Assembly: GCA_016711485.1 (NCBI GenBank)
Contig: JADJSX010000013.1
Location: forward strand, 1 to 22,888
Source of the DNA: Leptospiraceae bacterium
GTDB taxonomy: Bacteria; Spirochaetota; Leptospiria; Leptospirales; Leptospiraceae
Direction of reading: 5' to 3'
DNA: 22,888 bases
Below are positions 14,947 through 22,888 of this stretch, one piece after another (position 1 is the stretch's first letter; each line of letters starts with the position of its first letter). The position numbers and the translations under genes were made by a program. The notes beneath the pieces are model-generated. The model did not search any database, was not told the DNA's origin, and saw nothing but the letters and a program-made list of their open reading frames with translations.

Positions 14947-15765
14947 ATGGTATCTATGGGAAATTCTCGCAATTATGAAATAAGACTGGGCCCGGATTGG
15001 ACGCCTACCGTCAAAATTCTAATAATAAGTAACGTTGTAGTTTTTATTCTACAAACTGCCACTTATCTATTATTAAATGCTAAAATCTTGGAAGGTATAT
15101 TTGCACTTAATCCAAATATGGTCAACCATTTCTATGTTTTTCAGTTAGTTTCTTACGGTTTTTTACACGGTAATTTTTGGCATATTTTTTTTAATATGCT
15201 TAACCTTTGGTTTTTTGGGGCTGAAATTGAAAACTTATGGGGACAAAAAAGGTTCCTCATTCTATATTTCCTTTCCGTTTTTGGCGGGGGATTTTTAACT
15301 TGGGTAATTCATAACCTAGGATTCAATCAAGGTATTGTTCTTGGAGCATCAGGTGGAGTGTTTGGAGTAATGACAGCATTTGCCCTTCTCTGGCCAAACC
15401 GAGAAGCTTTAATTTGGGGAATTTTCCCAATCAAAATGAAATACATTGTACCACTTTCCATGATGTTGCTAATGTTTGCAGGTGGGGGAAATATTGCACA
15501 TATGGCGCATATCGGTGGAATATTAGGCGGAGTAGGATTTTTCTTTGCAGTGGTTAAATATAAGTATAATTTTAACTTTTCTCTTAGCCGCTATTTACAA
15601 AAACGAAAAATGTTACAATACCAAGAAGAAATGTATCGCCGACAAAATGTAAAAGAATCAGTAGACGAATTACTCGATAAAATTTCTAAAAAAGGAATGA
15701 GTTCCCTTTCCAGAAAAGAGAAACAGTTTTTAAAAGATGCGTCTACTAAGTATTATACAGAGTGA
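14947..15765 (+). CDS. Rhomboid-family intramembrane serine protease
   Basis: Multiple TM helices. The catalytic GASGGVFGVM (GxSG) motif and a downstream AHIGGILGG His motif are present, followed by a cytoplasmic C-terminal extension. Confidence 0.8.
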   Translation: MVSMGNSRNYEIRLGPDWTPTVKILIISNVVVFILQTATYLLLNAKILEGIFALNPNMVNHFYVFQLVSYGFLHGNFWHIFFNMLNLWFFGAEIENLWGQKRFLILYFLSVFGGGFLTWVIHNLGFNQGIVLGASGGVFGVMTAFALLWPNREALIWGIFPIKMKYIVPLSMMLLMFAGGGNIAHMAHIGGILGGVGFFFAVVKYKYNFNFSLSRYLQKRKMLQYQEEMYRRQNVKESVDELLDKISKKGMSSLSRKEKQFLKDASTKYYTE

Positions 15766-16595
15766 ATTCTAATTTATTTTACTTTGACCAGCTAACCAAA
15801 TATAGCCCCTATTTTAATTTGGCACTGGAGGAAGCGATCGCAATCAATTTGTTTGAATTTGGTTACGGCGGAGCAATTCGATTTTGGACAAACCACAATA
15901 CAATAGTACTTGGAATATCTGATAGTGTATCCAAAAATATTCCAATAGAAAAAATTTCTACGTTTAATAATGATTTCCCGCACTTACAAAATTCCAGAAA
16001 ATTTCAAAATAATTCTATGTACATTTCAAGAAGAGCGTCAGGCGGTGGTACGGTTTTCCATGATGAAGCGTTTAATTTAAATTATTCTCTATTTGCATCA
16101 ACCAAAGAAAAAAAAGAATTATACCCAGTTAAAGAATCCTATAACTTATTATTGGGACTTATTACAAATGCATTAGCCAAACAGAATATTTCCGCAAATT
16201 CCGCCGGAAAATCCGATATTGCTATAAAGAATGAAGGCGGATTTAAAAAAATTTCTGGCAATGCTCAATTTAGAAAACGCGACTGTATCGTCCAACATGG
16301 GACTTTGATTTTAGATTTAAAAATTATTGATAGTGTATTAGAAAATCTCTCGCATCCTCCGGAAGAACCTGAATATAGAAAGAACCGAAAACATTCAGAT
16401 TTTTTGACTTCTCTACCGAAAGAGTTTTCTGTTCCAAAGTTTAAACTAGAATTGACCAAAATTTTTCAAGAATTCTTAGGTTTAAAACAGGAACAAAGAC
16501 AAGATAGAAAGTTTTTACGACAGGTTTTTAGAGATGCAAAAAGACTAATGTCCGAAAAATATGCAAATATAGAATTTATTTTTAGTAAACCTTGA
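15762..16595 (+). CDS. Lipoate-protein ligase / octanoyltransferase family protein (BPL/LPL catalytic domain only, LplA/LipM-like)
   Basis: Contains [22 protein letters not shown] and [24 protein letters not shown] (the lipoyl-AMP binding lysine motif). The GTG start overlaps the upstream stop (GTGA). At 277 aa it has no C-terminal accessory domain. Confidence 0.75.
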   Translation: MNSNLFYFDQLTKYSPYFNLALEEAIAINLFEFGYGGAIRFWTNHNTIVLGISDSVSKNIPIEKISTFNNDFPHLQNSRKFQNNSMYISRRASGGGTVFHDEAFNLNYSLFASTKEKKELYPVKESYNLLLGLITNALAKQNISANSAGKSDIAIKNEGGFKKISGNAQFRKRDCIVQHGTLILDLKIIDSVLENLSHPPEEPEYRKNRKHSDFLTSLPKEFSVPKFKLELTKIFQEFLGLKQEQRQDRKFLRQVFRDAKRLMSEKYANIEFIFSKP

Positions 16596-16605
16596 AGGAA
16601 ATGAA

Positions 16606-17847
16606 ATGTATCTAGAAAAACAAGACCCCGATGTATTTGCGGCACTTACACAAGAAGACAAGAGACAAGAAGAATCTCTTGAAATGATTGCTTCGGAAAA
16701 CTTTGTTTCACAAGCAGTACTCGAAGCCTACCACTCCACTCTTACCAATAAATATGCGGAGGGTTATCCAGGAAAACGTTACTATAACGGCTGTGAAAAT
16801 GCAGACCGCGTGGAAGAACTTGCCATTGAACGAGCCAAAAAAATGTTCAAGGCAGAATATGTAAACGTTCAACCTCATTCAGGAGCTCAAGCAAACATGG
16901 CAGTATTTTTAGCAGCGCTTAGTGCTGGGGATACTTTCATGGGAATGAATCTAGCACACGGTGGTCACCTCACACATGGATCCGCTGTAAATTTCAGTGG
17001 AAGAAATTACCATGTAGTTCCTTACGGTGTTACTAAAGATACAAGTCTAATCGATTACGATGAAGTAGCTCGATTGGCAAAAGAACATAAACCTAAACTA
17101 ATCGTTGTAGGTGCGTCTGCTTATCCAAGAGAAATTGATTTTGGAAAATTTGCAGAAATCGCAAAATCAGTAGATGCAAAAATCATGGCGGATATTGCTC
17201 ATATATCTGGACTTGTGGTAACTGGTCATCATCCGTCCCCTGTAGGAGTTTGTGATTATGTAACAACTACTACTCACAAAACCTTAAGAGGACCTAGAGG
17301 CGGATTAATTATTTCATCCTCTGAACATGAAAAGATTTTAAACTCACGCGTATTTCCAGGTATACAAGGTGGACCACTTATGCATGTCATCGCAGCAAAA
17401 GCAGTAGCATTTGGCGAAGCACTAAAACCAGAATTCAAAACCTATATACAAAATGTTGTGGATAATGCTCGTATACTTGCAGAAGTCTTTGTAAAACGAG
17501 GATTTAGAATTATCAGCGGTGGAACTGATAATCACCTTATACTGGTAGATGTTTCTGTAAAAGGTCTCACTGGACTCGATGCAGCAAACGAACTTGATAA
17601 AGCAGGAATCACGGTAAATAAAAATGGAATTCCATTTGATGAAAAACCACCAGCGGTTACTTCCGGTATCCGCCTTGGTTCCCCTGCCCTAACCACTCGT
17701 GGATTAGGAAAAACCGAATTCGAAAAAGTAGGAAACTTAATCTGTGATTTACTTGAAAACATGACAGACGACAAAAAGAAATCAGCAGTAAAGGCAGGCG
17801 TTGCAGAAATCACAAAACAATTCCCAATGGACAAGTTTAGATTGTGA
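16606..17847 (+). CDS. glyA: Serine hydroxymethyltransferase
   Basis: The N-terminus [54 protein letters not shown] and the PLP-lysine motif [14 protein letters not shown] are canonical SHMT. The length is 413 aa. Confidence 0.95.
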   Translation: MYLEKQDPDVFAALTQEDKRQEESLEMIASENFVSQAVLEAYHSTLTNKYAEGYPGKRYYNGCENADRVEELAIERAKKMFKAEYVNVQPHSGAQANMAVFLAALSAGDTFMGMNLAHGGHLTHGSAVNFSGRNYHVVPYGVTKDTSLIDYDEVARLAKEHKPKLIVVGASAYPREIDFGKFAEIAKSVDAKIMADIAHISGLVVTGHHPSPVGVCDYVTTTTHKTLRGPRGGLIISSSEHEKILNSRVFPGIQGGPLMHVIAAKAVAFGEALKPEFKTYIQNVVDNARILAEVFVKRGFRIISGGTDNHLILVDVSVKGLTGLDAANELDKAGITVNKNGIPFDEKPPAVTSGIRLGSPALTTRGLGKTEFEKVGNLICDLLENMTDDKKKSAVKAGVAEITKQFPMDKFRL

Positions 17848-17932
17848 AATTCGATAAGGACATAAAGCTGCATTTTTCTATGCCTATATGTCTCTGTATC
17901 AAATTTATTATGCAGTCTAAGGAATCGGGCCT

Positions 17933-18880
17933 GTGATTGTATACTTCTTTATAGATGGTGTCGGTTTCGGTGAGAACGATATAGAAAAAAATCCTTTTGC
18001 AAAGTTTGCAAAAGGATTTTTTCTTCCTCTCGCCAATAAACCTCTTCCGACAAATAGTAAATTAACCGAAGGAGCATATATAAAAACAGATGCTTCCATG
18101 GGAATTAAAGGACTTCCGCAAAGTGCAACTGGACAAACTGCGATTTGGACAGGTATAAATGCTCCTCAAGTTCTAAAACGCCATATTAGCGGTTATCCAA
18201 CATTTACCCTTCGCAAAATAATTGATGAATTTTCTATTTTAAAGGTGTTAGAAGATAGAGGGAAAAAGGCAGCATTCCTAAATTGTTACAGCCCAATTTA
18301 TTTTGAAAATGTAAAGAAAAAACCCAAACATGTTTCTGCTTCCACAATGATTCAACAGGCTTCAAAGATTCCTTTTCGGAACATGGAAGATTTACGAAAT
18401 AACAATGGAGTATTTATGGATATTTCCCATGAATTTTTCCGAGAATTTGCCAAAGACTTTTTACCACCCGGTGATAGTCTTTTAAACTTACGTGATCCAT
18501 ATGAAGTCGGTAAAAATGTAGTAAATATAGCCCAAAATTATGACTTAGTATTATTCGAATACTTCCTTACGGATAAAATAGGTCATGACCAAAATTGGGA
18601 AATGGCAGAAAAAGTTATTCATACAGTTGAGAGGTTTATCGATGGTATCCACGAAGCAATGGATAAAAAAAATCACCAACTCATTATTACTTCTGACCAC
18701 GGAAACCTTGAAGACTTAACTGTAAGCACACATTCAGTAAATCCTGTCCCTACATACCTTTACGGAAATCTGACAGAATTTTTAAAAAACAAAATATCAT
18801 CACTTAGTGATATCGTTCCTGCTCTTTATGAAAAGTTAGGAATCGAAATAGAACTCAAATGGGATGCTGTAAAGGAATAA
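17933..18880 (+). CDS. Metalloenzyme-superfamily protein, similar to cofactor-independent phosphoglycerate mutase or phosphopentomutase (alkaline-phosphatase-like core)
   Basis: The N-terminus has the DGVGFG metal-site motif. The C-terminus has IITSDHGNLED, which matches the SDHGN motif of this superfamily. GTG start. At 315 aa it is shorter than canonical iPGM or DeoB, so the exact activity is uncertain. Confidence 0.55.
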   Translation: MIVYFFIDGVGFGENDIEKNPFAKFAKGFFLPLANKPLPTNSKLTEGAYIKTDASMGIKGLPQSATGQTAIWTGINAPQVLKRHISGYPTFTLRKIIDEFSILKVLEDRGKKAAFLNCYSPIYFENVKKKPKHVSASTMIQQASKIPFRNMEDLRNNNGVFMDISHEFFREFAKDFLPPGDSLLNLRDPYEVGKNVVNIAQNYDLVLFEYFLTDKIGHDQNWEMAEKVIHTVERFIDGIHEAMDKKNHQLIITSDHGNLEDLTVSTHSVNPVPTYLYGNLTEFLKNKISSLSDIVPALYEKLGIEIELKWDAVKE

Positions 18881-18882
18881 TA

Positions 18883-20229
18883 TTAGTATAAAAATACTAT
18901 ATCCACTCTTCTGGAGAATTTTTTCCCAAATTTACTTTCATTGGTTTCACCCCATAACCCACCAGAAAAAGAGAGAAGTATATTTTCATTCGGGATTTTT
19001 TTTTCTAATAAATATTTGCGTACAGCTTCTGCGCGAAGCTGTGATAAAGTAAGTTTAGCCCCTTTCCCTTTTGACCACTCTGAATGACCAATTAAAAGAA
19101 TTTTACTAGTTGCGTAACTTGCTAAATATTCATTCGCAAATGCATTCAATTTTTTCTCTTCCGCTGAGCTAATGACAAATCCATTTTTCTGAAATAAAAT
19201 TGTGAAAGGTTTTACGTCTTTATTCACTCTATTCGTAATAGAATTTTTATAATTCCAAATGATAGGTAAAGTCCCATCCTGTTTGTAAATTTCCGGATTA
19301 AATTCCTCCTGCGTTTCTTCTTGTTTTGCATCTTCTGACTCATCCGTAATTACAGCCGAATCCCATACAGCTTCTGGAGATAAATCAGTTTTGGATTGCG
19401 TCTCCTTAGAGGAAACTTCTACAGCGTTATTCTTATTTCTATTTTCTTTGCCGGCATCTAAATTATTTGCGAAAACGGGATTTTTTTCTTTTAAATATCT
19501 TTTAGTTGTTTCTTCGATAGATTCATTTTTGATTTCTTTTATTTCCGGTTTTTCATTTGAATCATCTACCGTTTGATTATCGGTTTCTACTATATTCTCT
19601 TCTTCTACTGACTGGATACTTTTTTTAACTGGACGTTTTTTGGATCCCTTTTCTTGTCCTTTATCTTGATCGAGAAAAGCAATATTTTCATCCTTTTTAG
19701 TGTTTTTTTTGTTATTTTTTAAGGCTTCTAAGTAGAGCGGATCACGTCTCGTAACCGCAACCATTCCAGTATTACAAGTCTCAACCTCAATAGAATATGT
19801 TACCATCGTGACTGGTAGTAAAAATAAAGTCCAAGCGAAATCTCCTAATCGCATAATGTTTTTATACCGTATCATTTTTTGTTGGGAGATTTCTTGGAGT
19901 TCCTCTTTTGAAAAACTATTCAAAGGAAAAAAGAAGAAAAAATTATGAATTCTTTTATGTCGAAGTAAATGACAATCATCCCCTTCATGACCTAAAAATA
20001 TGTATTTATTCGGAGATCTATTTTCATACTTTACCATCGTCATAGAGAGAGGATCAGAGCGAAATGATAGTTCGCTACAATTAGTAAAAATTGTTAAACA
20101 AAGAATAACAGTTACTATTTGTATGGATAAAAATATATTCTCATTTTTCACTACAGAAAAAATTCTATAGGTTCTTTTTTTAAAGTATTCAATTATACTT
20201 ATTGGTTGACTTTTTAAATTTTTATACAT
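18883..20229 (-). CDS. OmpA-family (peptidoglycan-associated C-terminal domain) membrane protein with an acidic, Lys-rich low-complexity central region
   Basis: An N-terminal hydrophobic anchor is present. The C-terminal ~100 aa (ILLIGHSEWSKGKGAKLTLSQLRAEAVRKYLLEKKIPNENILLSFSGGLWGETNESKFGKKFSRRVDIVFL) match the OmpA/MotB-like domain pattern. It is convergent with the upstream operon, with only 2 nt between the stops. Confidence 0.7.
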   Translation of the reverse strand: MYKNLKSQPISIIEYFKKRTYRIFSVVKNENIFLSIQIVTVILCLTIFTNCSELSFRSDPLSMTMVKYENRSPNKYIFLGHEGDDCHLLRHKRIHNFFFFFPLNSFSKEELQEISQQKMIRYKNIMRLGDFAWTLFLLPVTMVTYSIEVETCNTGMVAVTRRDPLYLEALKNNKKNTKKDENIAFLDQDKGQEKGSKKRPVKKSIQSVEEENIVETDNQTVDDSNEKPEIKEIKNESIEETTKRYLKEKNPVFANNLDAGKENRNKNNAVEVSSKETQSKTDLSPEAVWDSAVITDESEDAKQEETQEEFNPEIYKQDGTLPIIWNYKNSITNRVNKDVKPFTILFQKNGFVISSAEEKKLNAFANEYLASYATSKILLIGHSEWSKGKGAKLTLSQLRAEAVRKYLLEKKIPNENILLSFSGGLWGETNESKFGKKFSRRVDIVFLY

Positions 20230-20242
20230 TGGTTAATACCTA

Positions 20243-22888
20243 TTAGTCAATATAAAGCAACATAGAAAACATGGAAAGTACACCGCCGCTTGCATTGTTG
20301 ATCGCAACAAACCTAAGCTTTTTATTTATAGTATCTATAAATGGATTTGCCATTGCACTTCCTATATTCATTCCAAAACTACTAGTTAAATTCTTTTGTA
20401 CACATCCTGTACCTGTTAGACTACATCTATTCAATACAACAGAAAAACTTTGAGTGGAATCGTAGCCGAGAATTAATAATTTATTATTAAAATTGTCAAC
20501 TGCAATTTTAGTTTTAATTCCACTTCTATGGGCTGGATTTATAGTCTGTGCGGAACAACCTGTCATATTTGGGTTACAGATGATCAATTTAGGAAAAGTA
20601 TTTGCCCCACCTTCCGTATTTCCCATCGAAGTAATCAGATAAAACTTATTCGTAGTCGCATCGTAAAGTCCTTGCGAATGTTTAATCCAAAGTGGAAGCC
20701 CGTCAGCCATATTTCCAATCAAACTAGAAAATGTTGCCGGTGCGGTACAACCAGTAAGATCAAGATTACATTGGACAAAAGCCAGTGAATACTGCCCCGG
20801 AACAGGCTGGTATTGGAAGGTTACGGTTACTTTTGAATTTATTGTATCCGTGACAGTTTCGATCATAATTCCTGGATCTACGCTCGCAGCCGGAATATTG
20901 ACTGGAGTATTTAAATTATTCCCAGCATTGTCAAAGGAATAAAGATAAATACCTGCTCCGTAACTTGCAGCGACTATTACCTTACTATTTGTCGAATCCC
21001 AAGCTGCTCTTGGGGAAATGGAAGTGCTATTTGCGAGATTAAATTTTGCGACACCCGACATATCATAGTGTGTCCAAGTACCTAAAGGTCCGGTAAAAAA
21101 ATTCATCCGTCCATTTGATTTGTTCTCAGAAATAATCATTGCTTGCCCGCCCGTATAAAGAGACGTTAAACTCCTCGCATTATTATCTCCGCCAGTATCG
21201 AGCACAGAATCATTTATATCCAAACAAAAAGAAAAGTTAGATTCACAGCTAAATGCTTTTACACGATTAAAAGTTCCTCCGTTGGAACACTGTGCGGCTA
21301 CTAACATTTTAACTCCATCATAAGAACTAGAAACATCGTTACAAGACGGCCCCATTCCATCATCGACTAACATTTGTGTTACAGGGTCATTGTCTATAAC
21401 CGTGATCGAATAATTCTTAGTGGTAACACCAGCCCCAGAAAAACTGAGAGTACTAGTCTTATTATCCGCATAAAAATTTTCGGGAGCATTTATAGTCACT
21501 GTTTGCGGAGTTGCATAATTTAAATTAGTAAAAGTAAGAGTCGTAGAACCAACACCTGAGTTTGCAGGATCAATTACATAAGTCGGAGTAAGCACATATC
21601 CCGGAACAATGGGAGATGTTTGTGGTGAACTAATTGTCACAGTATACGGAGATGCCGCCGGTTGGTAGTTTAGATAAACACTAAATGTAAGAGAACTTCC
21701 TTCTGTGACATTAGTAGTTCCACTTACGTTAGTTACCATTATATCAAATGTATTAGCATCGACTGTATTTACATTTCCTGTCCCGGTAACAATCCCAGTT
21801 CCAGTCGCCGTTATGGTAATTGTTTCGCCTATTGCATTTACATCTGTAACTCCTGTAACTTCTACTGTCTGTGGAGTATTCCAATTGGTAGGATTAAATG
21901 TAATAGTTGGTGGGAAAATTATAAGCGCAGATGTATCGCTTGACGTTAATGTAATGGTCCTATCTGTTCCGGGATCCCCCGTAAGGGCAACTGTAATATA
22001 TGCAGTTCCACCTTCATTCACAGAAACCGCTCCTCCTAGAACCACGCTAGTATCATTTTCAATTGTCGTAAAATTAAGAGAATCCCCCGTTGCCGCTGGA
22101 GCAGAGGCAGAAATGGCTACGACTTCCGAACTTTGATTTCCATCTTCTACTCCTGTTAAAGTTACAGATTGATTGGAACTCCAACAATTTACACTCGGGC
22201 ATACATTTGTAAAAGTAAGTGTTGTAGTAGAGAGAGCAACAGATGCGGAATTACTCGTTGCAAGTGTAACGATTAAAGAAGGAGATGGCTCTGCAGTTAA
22301 TTTTACATTCAAAGTAGCCGTTGAACCTTCCGTGATAGAATTCGAACTGGCAGTGAGAATAATACCCATAGAACTTGTATCGACTGTATTAATGATTTGA
22401 GTATCTGTTCCTAAATCAGCACCACTGCCCGTAATCGTTACAGCCTCTGAAATGGCATTCGCATCACTTACGCCAGTTAAAAGTATAGACTGCGGTATAT
22501 TCCAATTTGCCGCATTAAAATTTAAAGTAGACGGAGCTACTGTGATGGCAGATGTATTACTAGAAACTAAATTTAAAGTTCTTGCCATTCCTGGATTTCC
22601 AGATAAAGAAACAGAAATAAGAGTTGTCCCTCCTTCATTCACAGAGGTCGCTCCAGTAAAAACCGGTTTAGAGTCGTTATCCGTTGTAGTAAAATCCAAA
22701 GTCGAATTTGTTACTGCCAAAGCAGATGCAGTTACCGTAACTGTATCTGCAGTTTCATTTCCATCCTCTTCTCCATTTATTGTAATTGTTTTTGGAACAC
22801 TCCAACAATCAATTCCCGGACAAACATTATCAAAAGTTACAGATGCAGTTGATACAGTCAGCGAAGCTACATTCCCTGAAGCAAAACT
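20243..22888 (-). CDS. Very large Ser/Thr-rich surface protein (partial, N-terminus outside the window). It has at least 5 tandem Calx-beta-like beta-sandwich domains followed by a ~370-aa repeat region containing cysteine pairs.
   Basis: The reading frame is open to the window edge; the M at 22720 in the ORF track is an internal TTG. The ~100-aa repeats show V-x-EGG...i-x-V-x-L-x-G-x-P...L-x-F...NW-x-x-PQ-x-v...GV-x-D...E-x-i-x-I, and the last repeat ends ITVIDNDP. The C-terminal half has 6-7 repeats of D-x-T/N-N-K-hydrophobic stretches with C-x(5-7)-G-C pairs. Confidence 0.7.
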   Translation of the reverse strand, partial: SFASGNVASLTVSTASVTFDNVCPGIDCWSVPKTITINGEEDGNETADTVTVTASALAVTNSTLDFTTTDNDSKPVFTGATSVNEGGTTLISVSLSGNPGMARTLNLVSSNTSAITVAPSTLNFNAANWNIPQSILLTGVSDANAISEAVTITGSGADLGTDTQIINTVDTSSMGIILTASSNSITEGSTATLNVKLTAEPSPSLIVTLATSNSASVALSTTTLTFTNVCPSVNCWSSNQSVTLTGVEDGNQSSEVVAISASAPAATGDSLNFTTIENDTSVVLGGAVSVNEGGTAYITVALTGDPGTDRTITLTSSDTSALIIFPPTITFNPTNWNTPQTVEVTGVTDVNAIGETITITATGTGIVTGTGNVNTVDANTFDIMVTNVSGTTNVTEGSSLTFSVYLNYQPAASPYTVTISSPQTSPIVPGYVLTPTYVIDPANSGVGSTTLTFTNLNYATPQTVTINAPENFYADNKTSTLSFSGAGVTTKNYSITVIDNDPVTQMLVDDGMGPSCNDVSSSYDGVKMLVAAQCSNGGTFNRVKAFSCESNFSFCLDINDSVLDTGGDNNARSLTSLYTGGQAMIISENKSNGRMNFFTGPLGTWTHYDMSGVAKFNLANSTSISPRAAWDSTNSKVIVAASYGAGIYLYSFDNAGNNLNTPVNIPAASVDPGIMIETVTDTINSKVTVTFQYQPVPGQYSLAFVQCNLDLTGCTAPATFSSLIGNMADGLPLWIKHSQGLYDATTNKFYLITSMGNTEGGANTFPKLIICNPNMTGCSAQTINPAHRSGIKTKIAVDNFNNKLLILGYDSTQSFSVVLNRCSLTGTGCVQKNLTSSFGMNIGSAMANPFIDTINKKLRFVAINNASGGVLSMFSMLLYID

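Noticed and set aside
1-22888. CRISPR array or other long direct-repeat array
   Set aside because: No regularly spaced direct repeats were seen. The only tandem repeats are the 9-bp (KAD)n unit and the diverged protein-level domain repeats in the giant surface protein.

Overview
This is a low-GC window whose gene content points to a Leptospira-like spirochete. The pointers are a futalosine-pathway MqnA, a LipL45/FecR-type lipoprotein, a secreted LRR protein and a rhomboid-lplA-glyA operon.

Three blocks are visible. (i) 1-4501 is a decayed integrative element or prophage remnant. It carries an intact tyrosine integrase and an HTH excisionase-like gene, plus a DnaC/IstB-like pseudogene, a fragmented P4-type primase/replication initiator and several small phage-type ORFs. 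A 143-bp MITE-like nested palindrome with 8-bp direct repeats (4582-4740) sits next to the integrase. (ii) 4836-8968 holds chromosomal genes: a class III adenylate/guanylate cyclase, MqnA, and a bacterial XPB/ERCC3-like helicase preceded by a perfect 17-bp palindrome. (iii) 9061-13848 is a lineage-specific cluster of five secreted or lipoprotein genes. Three of them share a recurring ~40-aa module that I cannot assign to a named domain, which is the most interesting candidate for an undescribed system here.

Downstream are an MBL-fold hydrolase and a four-gene housekeeping operon (rhomboid, LplA-family ligase, GlyA, metalloenzyme). After that comes an OmpA-family gene co-oriented with a very large partial surface protein built of tandem Calx-beta-like domains plus a cysteine-pair repeat region. 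No CRISPR array, rRNA or tRNA was found. Coordinates of starts were adjusted by eye to RBS-proximal ATG/GTG where the ORF track began at an upstream alternative codon.
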